Below are positions 55,005-63,900 of a DNA stretch of 64,000 nt, in pieces. Where the stretch lies: the NCBI GenBank assembly GCA_964291285.2, contig OZ219786.1, positions 416,001 through 480,000 on the forward strand. Direction: 5' to 3'. Made by a program: the position numbers and the translations under genes. Source of the DNA: Alphaproteobacteria bacterium (GTDB taxonomy: Bacteria > Pseudomonadota > Alphaproteobacteria > Bin95). Position 1 is the stretch's first letter. Each line of letters begins with the position of its first letter. The notes below the pieces were generated by a model that saw only the letters and a program-made list of their open reading frames with translations, did not search any database and was not told the DNA's origin.

Positions 55005-56216
55005 ATGACCAGCAAACCGCATCCACCCGCCGACACCGGGAACCCTGTCCGCCGCAGCGACCGGACGCGCAACGCGCGCCGGGCGGCGGGCCTGTGTTCC
55101 CATTGCGGCGACCGTCCGCCCGAGGCCGGCCGCGTGAACTGCCGCCCCTGCCTCGACGCAGCCCGTGAGGGCAACCGGCGCCGGAAGCTTCGCCGCTCCC
55201 TGCTGCGCCTGTGCCTCGATTGCGGCATGACGCCCCCGGCGCCCGGGCGGCGCCGCTGCAAGCCCTGCGGCGACATCCACGCCCGCCGGACGCGGGACAT
55301 GCTCCGCGCCCGCCGCGCCGAACGCGCGTCGAAGGGGCTGTGTCCGCGATGCGGCGACCGGCCGCCGGCTCCGGATCGTTCCGCGTGCCAGCCGTGTCTC
55401 GACAACCGGAAGAAATACGACCGCAAGACCCGCGTCCCCCGGGAGAAACGCCGCTTCTGCCAGGGCTGCGGCATCCCGGTGCTGCAAGCGGGGATCCGGC
55501 TGTGCCCGGACTGCTCCGAAGACCGCCCCCGCAAGCTCGCCGAACAGCGCGCCACGGCCGGGCTCTGCAAGAGATGCGGCAATACCCCGGCGCTTCCCGA
55601 ATTCGACACCTGCGAAAGCTGTCGTCAGCACGACCGGCTGACCTCGCTTCGCAACTGGCGCCGCCGGTCGGCCCGCAGAAGGGCAGCCGGCCTCTGCGTC
55701 CGCTGCGGCGAACGGCCCCCGTTTCCGGACAGCCCCTATTGCGCCCCTTGCCGGGACCGGCGCCGCAAGCAAAGCCTCGCCGGATACCACCGCATGGCAG
55801 CCGCGCGCCGCGCCCGGGGGCTCTGCACGCGTTGCGGCGATACCCCGGCGCTTCCCGAATTCGACACCTGCGAAAGCTGCCGGCAGCACACCCGGCTGAC
55901 CTCGCTTCGCAACTGGCGCCGCCGGTCCGCCCGCAGAAGGGCCGCCGGCCTCTGCGTCCGCTGCGGCGAACGGCCCCCGGAACGCGGCACGCTGGACTGC
56001 GGGCCGTGCCGGGACAGGCAGCGCTCCCGTGAGTATCGCGGCATGCCCGATCTGCCGTCCCGGTACACCGTGATCGAGATCGCGACCGGTACCGATCACG
56101 GCACCTGGGACACCTTGCAGGAACTCGCGGCCGCACTCGCCTATGCAAAGCTCACGCTCGAGGATGTCGAGATCGTCACCGACGCCGCCCCCATGGCCCG
56201 CTTCGCCAGCTGGTGA
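55005..56216 (+). CDS. CxxC-x11-CxxC repeat protein, copy 3 (8 units)
   Basis: Repeat units, an internal duplication at 258-bp offset, and the conserved C-terminal domain. Confidence 0.85.
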   Translation: MTSKPHPPADTGNPVRRSDRTRNARRAAGLCSHCGDRPPEAGRVNCRPCLDAAREGNRRRKLRRSLLRLCLDCGMTPPAPGRRRCKPCGDIHARRTRDMLRARRAERASKGLCPRCGDRPPAPDRSACQPCLDNRKKYDRKTRVPREKRRFCQGCGIPVLQAGIRLCPDCSEDRPRKLAEQRATAGLCKRCGNTPALPEFDTCESCRQHDRLTSLRNWRRRSARRRAAGLCVRCGERPPFPDSPYCAPCRDRRRKQSLAGYHRMAAARRARGLCTRCGDTPALPEFDTCESCRQHTRLTSLRNWRRRSARRRAAGLCVRCGERPPERGTLDCGPCRDRQRSREYRGMPDLPSRYTVIEIATGTDHGTWDTLQELAAALAYAKLTLEDVEIVTDAAPMARFASW

Positions 56217-56262
56217 TGCTGTCACCCACCCCGGAACCTTCGGGTTCCGGGGTTTCTTCGTT

Positions 56263-56974
56263 CCCCCGTTCAGCGCCCCGAGGCTCCGGCCCGGGGCGTT
56301 TCTCGTTGCCCCGTGCCGGCCGTCCCCGCTGCCGGCGGCCCGGAACGGTTCCGCGGCGGCCGGCCGTTGCCACGGTCCCGGCGCCGTGCCGGCCGCGAGG
56401 CAGGAAAGGCGGGGAAGGGCTTGTCCGGGCAGTATTGCGGGCCTCGCTCCGGCGTCCCGCCGTGCTACAATCCCCCACCGAAAGGAGCGGCACCATGACC
56501 GCAGCCGAACTCGCCCCATGGGCGACGCCCGCGATCACCATCGCGCTCATCGCCTGGCTCCGCATGGACCTCGGCAAGCGCATCGACCGGCTTGACCAGC
56601 GCATGGACCGGCTTGACCAGCGCATGGACGGCTTCGATCAGCGCCTGCGCGCCCTGGAGGTCGCCGTCAGCGCCATGGCGGCCAAGCTCGACCTGCTCGA
56701 GCGCTACTTCCTGAGGCGGAACGCCCCCGACAGCGGCCCGCCGCCGGCCGCCGCCGAATAGCCGTCCCCCCGACCCCGGCCTCCGCGCCGGGGTTTTTCC
56801 TTGCCCCCGTTCAGCGCCCCGAGGCTCCGGCCCGGGGCGTTTTTCGTTGCCCCGTGCCGGGCCGTCCCCGCTGCCGGGCGGCCCGGAACGGTTCCGCGGC
56901 GGCCGGCCGTTGCCCCATGGCCCGGCGCCGTGCCGGCCGCAAGGCAGGAAAGGCGGGGAAGGGGTTGTCCGGGC
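56263..56974 (+). repeat. About 170-bp direct repeats (56263-56430, 56804-56974) flanking one small gene
   Basis: Near-identical CCCCCGTTCAGCGCCCCGAGG...GGGGAAGGGSTTGTCCGGGC. Confidence 0.9.
56495..56761 (+). CDS. Small membrane-anchored coiled-coil protein
   Basis: RBS AAAGGAG; hydrophobic N-terminus; RIDRLDQ/RMDRLDQ heptads. Confidence 0.75.
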   Translation: MTAAELAPWATPAITIALIAWLRMDLGKRIDRLDQRMDRLDQRMDGFDQRLRALEVAVSAMAAKLDLLERYFLRRNAPDSGPPPAAAE

Positions 56975-57024
56975 GGAATCGCGGCCATCCCGGTCCGCGA
57001 CCGCGAACCGAGAGGATTTAGGAC

Positions 57025-57201
57025 ATGACCGCCCTTCTGGACCCCGCCTTCGACGCGCTCGACGCCCGCCACGCCGTTGCCGAGCTCGGCCTCGATGCGC
57101 TCCCCCTCCGCGACAGCGTCCTGGAGGACAGCCTGCCCCGCTGGGGAGACCAGGCGACACTGTTCCCCTGGGAGCCCGACCACGCCGGAGACGCCGGCTG
57201 A
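57025..57201 (+). CDS. Small acidic protein (58 aa, not in the ORF track)
   Basis: Leader repeat, GAGGA/AGGA RBS, MTALLDPAFDALDARH...EPDHAGDAG*. Confidence 0.55.
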   Translation: MTALLDPAFDALDARHAVAELGLDALPLRDSVLEDSLPRWGDQATLFPWEPDHAGDAG

Positions 57202-57458
57202 TCCGATCGCCCCGATGCCCCCCGGCGTCGGGGCGATCGTTCTGTACCTGCCCTCCGCCGCGCGCGCCCGATCGGGGGCGGAGGCAGCCGGAGGCGTGGA
57301 GCCGGGCCGGGACAGGGAGGCGGGCGCTCGCGGCCATGCTCCCGGCGCCGTGCCGGCCGCGAGGCACGAAAGGCCGGGAAGGGGTTGGTCGGGGCGATAT
57401 CGGGGCTGACGCCCGCCAGGCGCGGCTCCGGAACCCCGGCCCGGAAGGAGGATCGGAC

Positions 57459-58487
57459 ATGGCTGCGATGCATGGAGGGATTTCGCTGCAGGAGCTGGCG
57501 GCGCGGCTGGCGGGGGAGATCGAGGCGGTCTGCGCCTGCTATCTGCCGAACGGGCGGCGCGAGGGCCCGTTCTGGCAGGTGGGCAGCGTCGCGGGCGAGC
57601 CGGGCAGTTCGCTGCGCGTCAACCTGGAGGGCCGCCTGCGCGGGCGCTGGAAGGACTGGGCGAACGGCCGCGACCGCGGCGACGCGCTGGACCTGATCCG
57701 CGCGGCCCGCGACCTGGGCTCGATCGGGGAGGCCGCGCGCGAGGCCCGGCGCTTCCTGGCCCTGCCCGCCGCCGAGCGCCCGGCGCCGCCGGTGTCCGCC
57801 GCGGCCTGCCGGCCGGTGAGCAGCGCCGGCCTGGAGACGGTGCTGGCCCGTTCGCGCGCGGTCCGCAGCGACGACCCGGCCGGGCGCTATCTGGCCTCGC
57901 GCGGGCTGTCGGCGGAGGACGCGCGGGAGGCCGGCCTGCGGTTCCGCCCCGACGCCTGGGTGCAGGTGGACGGGCGGAGGCGGGAGCTGCCGGCCCTGCT
58001 GGCGCCCGTCCGCGCGCCGGACGGCACGCTGGAGGGGCTGCAGCGGATCTTCGTCGCCCCGGATGGCGGCAAGGCCCGGATCGCGGACCCGAAGCGCACC
58101 AGCGGGCGGCTGTTCTCCGGCGCCGTGCGGTGGTCCGCTTCCGCCGGCGCGCGGCATGCGGTGCTGACCGAGGGCGTGGAGGACGCGCTCGCGGTCTGCC
58201 GGGCGCTCGGACCGGAGGGCCGCCGCCACGTCGCCATCGCGGCCGCCGTGTCCGCCGGGCGCATCCACCGGGTCGCCCTGCCGCCGGGCATCGAGCGCGT
58301 CACGCTGGTGCAGGACCGGGACCGCGCCGGCGAGGAGGCCTGGGCCGCGCTCCGCAAGGCGCACCGGGACACCGGGCTGCGGGTGGAGCGCATCGTCCCC
58401 GGCGCGAAGGACGCCAATGACGAGCTCCTCCGGCTCGGCCCGCCGGAATATCGCCGCCGGCTGCATGCCGCGGGATTGCCGGCTTGA
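57459..58487 (+). CDS. Toprim-domain primase-like protein, copy 2
   Basis: Paralogue of 51584-52600; RBS AAGGAGG. Confidence 0.85.
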   Translation: MAAMHGGISLQELAARLAGEIEAVCACYLPNGRREGPFWQVGSVAGEPGSSLRVNLEGRLRGRWKDWANGRDRGDALDLIRAARDLGSIGEAAREARRFLALPAAERPAPPVSAAACRPVSSAGLETVLARSRAVRSDDPAGRYLASRGLSAEDAREAGLRFRPDAWVQVDGRRRELPALLAPVRAPDGTLEGLQRIFVAPDGGKARIADPKRTSGRLFSGAVRWSASAGARHAVLTEGVEDALAVCRALGPEGRRHVAIAAAVSAGRIHRVALPPGIERVTLVQDRDRAGEEAWAALRKAHRDTGLRVERIVPGAKDANDELLRLGPPEYRRRLHAAGLPA

Positions 58488-58711
58488 GCCACGGATACCC
58501 GACGCCGTCCGGCGTCGGGTATCTCCCGCGTACCGGTGCGGGGCCTGGCGCCTTCCCGGCCTGGCCGGATGCGCCGGGAGAGCGCCTGCGGCGGGCGGCC
58601 GGGAAGGGAAAGGCGGGCGATAGCGGCCATGCTCCCGGCGCCGTGCCGGCCGCCAGGCGCGAAAGGCGGGGAAGGGGCCGATCGGGGCAAATCCCGAACA
58701 GGAGAGAGACG

Positions 58712-58969
58712 ATGAGCGCCGACGCTTGCTGGACCGTGGATATCCTGCTGCCCTGGTACACCGGAGGGACCCGCTGGCGGGTCACCCACTACGGCGAGAG
58801 CGAGCAGCTCGCGCGGCGCGTGCTGGCCGCCGAGCGCCGCGCGGGCCACCGGGCGCGCCTGCGCAGCTGGACGCCGGAGGTGGTCGACGCCGACGAGGAG
58901 TTCGACCTCGCCGAGGCGGCCCCGGCCCGCCAGCCGGAGGATGCGCTCCCGGACACGGTCCCGTTCTGA
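58712..58969 (+). CDS. Small protein with acidic tail ending DTVPF
   Basis: Leader repeat, RBS CAGGAG, downstream terminator. Confidence 0.65.
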   Translation: MSADACWTVDILLPWYTGGTRWRVTHYGESEQLARRVLAAERRAGHRARLRSWTPEVVDADEEFDLAEAAPARQPEDALPDTVPF

Positions 58970-59034
58970 TTCCCGGAGCCCCGGCGCCGCCCGCGCCGGG
59001 GCTTCTTCCCTGTACCGCTCCCGCCGTCCCGTAG

Positions 59035-59430
59035 CGGCCGCGAGACCGGCTCCGCTATCCGGAACCCTGCCAGGCCCTCCGCAGGCTCCGGCCCTGCCAG
59101 GAACCCGGAAGACTGCGCCTCGCAGGCCTGCCGGCGATGCCTGGAGCATAGCGCCAGGTCGCTTCGCTCCCGGGCCGGGAAGGAGGAAGACGGACGGTCG
59201 CGGCCATGCTCCCGGCGCCCTGAGGCGTCGGGCTTCCTTTCCGTACCGGCCTCCGACCCGGGCCGTTTCCCTTTCCCGGTCATGCGGCGATCCCTCGCCC
59301 GCTTCGCGTTCCTGCCCTCCCCGCATGACCCCTGGCGCCCGTACCGGCCGCGAGACCGGCTCCGCTATCCGGAACCCTGCCGGGCCCTCCGCAAGCTCCG
59401 GTTCCGGCAGGAACCCGGAAGACTACGCCT
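59035..59430 (+). repeat. About 85-bp direct repeats (59035-59120, 59345-59430)
   Basis: CGGCCGCGAGACCGGCTCCGCTATCCGGAACCCTGCC...AGGAACCCGGAAGACT. Confidence 0.85.
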
Positions 59431-59519
59431 CCGCGCCCCGCCGATTTCCGATCCCCCGGCTGCCCCGACGGTTGCCAGCTTCCGGATCGCGGCCTATCCT
59501 CATGGAACCGTGTTGAGGT

Positions 59520-59740
59520 CGCGGATCGGAGTCAGCACACCGGTGCCCCTGCGGTGCAAATAATAGCACGACGGAATACACAATGATTTCAACGGGTTAC
59601 GGATCGCCACGGCAGATGACGGCATCACGCGCGGAAGTGGGGCGCATGACCACAGCGGAGACTCTACCTGGCACCGCTCATTTGCGGGGTCATCCTGCTT
59701 TTTCCATGCGAGTCGAGCACGGACCCCAGAGGCTCTTCAG
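59520..59740. other. Candidate oriT region
   Basis: Lower-GC non-coding DNA upstream of the relaxase genes; IHF-like TTTCAACGGGTTA. The nic site was not identified. Confidence 0.4.
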
Positions 59741-60997
59741 GTGGTAGCGAGAATCAACAAGCTGGCCGACCCGGCCCTCTATACCAACCGCCAACGAGCC
59801 TACGCTGCCACATGGCGCAATCCGGCCGGTTTGCTGCATCTCCCGGACGGGGCGACGGTTCCCGACAAGGACTTGCTCGCCTTATGGAGGGGATTTGCAC
59901 CGCAGAACGCGGGCCCGCTTACCCGCAGGGCCATATCCGGGACACACACGCCCGGCTTCGATATCGTCCTCTCGCCCGACAAGTCGATTTCCGCGCTCTG
60001 GGCCACCTCTCCCGACTTCGACCGCAAGCGCATCGAGCGCGCGGTCATGGACGCCGCCAGGATCGCTCTCACCGCGATCGTCTTCCGCCACTGCGCCACC
60101 ACACGCATCGGGAGAGCAGCAAGCGGGCTTCGCGTCGAGACCGGCGACATCCTCGCCGCGATTGCCCCGTTTCACATTTCCCGCGAACTCGACCCCCAAC
60201 TGGACGTCAGCTGCGTCGTCTTCAATCTTGTCAGAACCCATTCAGACGGCCGCTTCCGTACCCTTCACGGCTATCCGCTGTATTCCTGGAAGAAGGCCAT
60301 CGGCGCCGCCTTCCGCAACCGCCTGGCCTGCCGGCTGCGCAGCCGCCTCGGGGTGGAGATCGAGCGTCACGGCGCGCATGGCGAATACACCCGCGTCCGC
60401 CGCATGGACCGCGGTCTCGAGGGACTCTGGAGCAAGCGTAATGCGAGGCTGCAAGCCCATGTCAACGCCGTTCACGCTGCCTGGAGGACACCCGATCCGG
60501 CCGCTTCCGGCGCCGGCGCGTCCACGACCGCTGCCCTGCGCCTCAAGCGAACGGCCACGGAAAGCGATATCGCGCGGTTCAGGGCCGAAGCAGCGGGGAT
60601 CGTCGATCCCGACGCCCTGCACGCGCGGATCGTCCGATCCTCCTTCAATGACGTAACCGAACAGGAGCGCGACAAGCTCCGCCGGGAGCTCGAGGACATT
60701 CCCCGCACTCTCGCCGCGGCGGACCTGGTCTTCAACACGGCCGATATCGTCACCCGTGTGGAGAACGCCGCCGCCGGCCTCTTCGACGACACTGCGATGG
60801 ATCAGTGGCTGGAATACGCCCTCTCCACCATCAACCTGCTCCCGCTTGAATACGACGACCCCAACCCGGACGCCGTCGCCGGCATGGCGCACAAGCGCCT
60901 GTTCACGACGCGCGACATCCTGGACGCCAATCCGGACCACAGGCGCCTCTCCGGACTGTCGGCGCAGGACCCGGCCAGGGAGCCGCCGCGGTGGTAG
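59741..60997 (+). CDS. MOBF/TrwC relaxase-domain paralogue lacking catalytic residues
   Basis: GFDIVLSPDKSISALWA is retained, but HISRELDPQLDVS replaces HxxSRxxDPQLHxH and there are no YY pairs. Confidence 0.8.
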   Translation: MVARINKLADPALYTNRQRAYAATWRNPAGLLHLPDGATVPDKDLLALWRGFAPQNAGPLTRRAISGTHTPGFDIVLSPDKSISALWATSPDFDRKRIERAVMDAARIALTAIVFRHCATTRIGRAASGLRVETGDILAAIAPFHISRELDPQLDVSCVVFNLVRTHSDGRFRTLHGYPLYSWKKAIGAAFRNRLACRLRSRLGVEIERHGAHGEYTRVRRMDRGLEGLWSKRNARLQAHVNAVHAAWRTPDPAASGAGASTTAALRLKRTATESDIARFRAEAAGIVDPDALHARIVRSSFNDVTEQERDKLRRELEDIPRTLAAADLVFNTADIVTRVENAAAGLFDDTAMDQWLEYALSTINLLPLEYDDPNPDAVAGMAHKRLFTTRDILDANPDHRRLSGLSAQDPAREPPRW

Positions 60998-63900
60998 CGA
61001 CGCTCGCGAAGATGGCCGTGCCGAGCTACTACATCGAGAGCCAGGCGGCGCATGAGGGCTATTACACGGGCGGCGGCAAGGAGCGTCCGGGCGAGTGGCA
61101 CAACCCGGCCGGCCTCTTCGGCCTGAAGAACGGCGGGATCGTCTGGGAGAAGAAGTTCTACGCGCTCTGCGCCGGCCATTCGCCCGACCTCGACGGCACC
61201 TCGCTCGTGCAGAACGCCGGCTCCGAGAAACGCTCGCCGGGCTTCGACATGACCTTCTCCGCCGACAAGTCGATCTCCGCGTTATGGGCGATCACGCCCA
61301 GGGCCGAGGATCGCGAGAAGATCGAGCGCGCCGTCATCGACGCCGCGCGCTGCGCTCTCGACGAAACCGTGTTCCAGCACTGCGCCACGACACGCGTCGG
61401 AAAGGCCGGGGTGGATCGCCGCGTCGAGACCGGCGACATGCTGGCGGCGACGTTCCTGCACCGCACCTCGCGCGAGGGCGATCCCCAGCTGCATGTCCAC
61501 GCCACGATCTTCAATGCCGTGAAGACGCATTGCGACGGCAAATACCGCGCCCTGCACGGCTATCCGCTCTACTCCTGGAAGAAGGCCGCCGGCGCGGCGT
61601 TCCGGGGCCACCTGGCCCACATCATGCAGGAACGCCTCGGCATCGCCATGGAGCGCCACGGACCCGAAGGCCAATACAGCCGCGTGCGCGAGATGGACCC
61701 GGAGCTGGAACAGGTCTGGAGCAAGCGCCGCGCCGCGATCGTCGCGGCCGTCGCCGAACATCTGGGCGAGGAAGCGCTCTCGAACCCGGCGCAGATGGCG
61801 GCCGCGACGCTCGCGACCCGCTCGCACAAGCCCGAAGGCGGCCCCACGACGGAGGAGGACATCGAGCGCTTCCTGGAGGAGGCCGCGGAGGTCGTCGATG
61901 TCGAGGAGCTCCGGGACCGCATCCACGCTGCCGGGATCGAGGAGCTCACCCGCGAACGCATCGAGGAGATCCACGCCGAGATCACCGCCATTCCCGGGAA
62001 GCTCGCGCAGATGGAGGCGATCTTCAACGTCCCGAACATCATCGAGAAGCTCGAGAACGCTCTCGCCGGCGCGGTCGACCGCGAGGCCATGGGGCGCTGG
62101 CGCGAGGTCGCCCTCGGCAATGCCGAGCTGGTCTCCCTCCAGTATCCGGAGCCCGGCATCGAGGCGCAGGCCGGCATGGCGCACAAGAGGATCTTCACGA
62201 CCGGGGACACGCTCCGCGCCGAGCACACGCTGCGCCACGTCTCGGCCCTTTCGGTTTCGGACCGCACCCACGCCGTCGAACCTGGCAAGGTCGCCCGGCT
62301 GCTCGAGGAACTCGCCAGCAAGGGCAAGCGCTTCAGCGCCGAGCAGCGCAAGGCCATCGACCACGCCGCCGCGGAGTCCGGTCGTATCGCCCTCATCGAA
62401 GGCGCCGCCGGCAGCGGCAAGTCCCACGTGCTCGGCCCCCTTGCCGACCTCTGGCGCGCCGAAGGCCGCACAGTCCGCGCGCTCGCCGTCGCCTGGTCCG
62501 TCGCGGTCGAACTTGCGAGCGACATCGACGCGCCGCCGAGCGCCGTCCACCCCTTCCTGCGCAAGGTCAACAAGGGAGCCGTCGATATCGGTCCCGACAA
62601 CGTCCTGGTCGTGGACGAGGCCGGCATGCTGTCCACGCGCCAGACGCTGCAGCTCGTCCGGTTGAGCGAGCGGACCGGCTGCAAGCTCGTCCTCGTCGGC
62701 GACACCCGGCAGCAGCAGCCGATCGAGGCCGGTCCGGGCATGCGCATCGTCAGGGACCGCGTGAAGGGCGTGCGCATCGACCGCATCCGCCGCCAGAAAG
62801 CGACGCCGGAAGACTTCCTTCGGGAGGTCGACGGCCTGCCGGCCGGGGAAGCCATGGAAAGGGCAGCGGCGATGACCCGCGAGGACCGCGCTGCCGCCCG
62901 CAAGCGCTACACGGCCATGAACCGGGAACGCAAGGCCGCCGGCGAAAAGCCCCTGCGTATCGAACGGCCCTGGCAGCTCGGCGTATCCGCCCTGCTTCGC
63001 ACGGGCGCCATGCACCAGGCCTTCACCGAGCTCCACAAGCGCGGCCGCCTGGCGCTGGCGGAAGGCAAGGAGGACGCCCTGCTTCGCCTGGTCGCGCACT
63101 GGTCCGCATACATGGCCGAGAACCCGGAGCATGACGCCGTCGTCATGGCCCGGACCCGCGCCGACGTGCGCGCGCTCAACGCCCTGCTCCGCGCCCGGCA
63201 CCACGCCGCGACCGGGTCTCCCGGCCATGATCCCGCGAGGGACACCGCCGTCATCCGCATCCACCGCCTGCGCGACCGCGGCAAGGCCCTGGAAGACGAT
63301 TTCGAGGTCCGCGTCGGCGACCGCCTGCGGATCGGCTCCACCGTTTCGCGGCTCGGCCTCTACAACCGCGACGTCGTCACCGTCACCGGCCTCGAAAAGC
63401 GCGAGACCGAAGACGGCAAGACGCAGGTCCTCATCACGGCCCGCACCGGGGACAGGCGCACGATCCGGTTCGAGCCCGGAGACATACGGAACTGGCTCGG
63501 CGAGATCACCATCGACTACGCATATGCCGCAACCTGCACCGCCGCCCAGGGCCTCACCATCGACGCCGGCTTCGTCCTGCTGGACGAGGGCATGGCCCGG
63601 GAGACCGCCTATCCGGCCTGCACCCGGCACACCGACCACCTGCAGGTCGTCGCCGACCGGCTTCCGGTCGCGATCGCGATCGCCGGCGCCACGCCCGACG
63701 GCGAGCCCGGGCGCGAGGTCTCCGACGACGAGGTGCTGATGACGCTGGGGCGGCTCTGCGGGCGCTCGCAGCCCAAGGAGGCCGCGACCGACTACATCCT
63801 GGCCGCCAATGAGCAGGAATACCTCGCACAGGGCGAACTGGAGCTCGGGCGCGACCCGATCGAGCCCGCCATCCCTGCCAACGACGCATTGGAGCCCGGC

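Noticed and set aside
55561-55980. Internal duplication as a DGR template/variable repeat pair
   Set aside because: Both copies are in frame in one gene, the differences are not adenine-specific, and no reverse transcriptase is present.
52230-56519. 1429-aa minus-strand ORF and other long antisense ORFs (e.g. 61282-63960, 12896-15064)
   Set aside because: Shadow frames of high-GC plus-strand genes, with no recognisable motifs.
52600-59010. Leader repeats as a CRISPR array or classical integron attC sites
   Set aside because: Spacing is gene-sized and irregular, there are no RYYYAAC/GTTRRRY boxes, and I see no IntI-type integrase.
59681-59700. CATCCTGC as the nic site
   Set aside because: It resembles MOBP-type nic sites, but the relaxase is MOBF, and such a short match can occur by chance.
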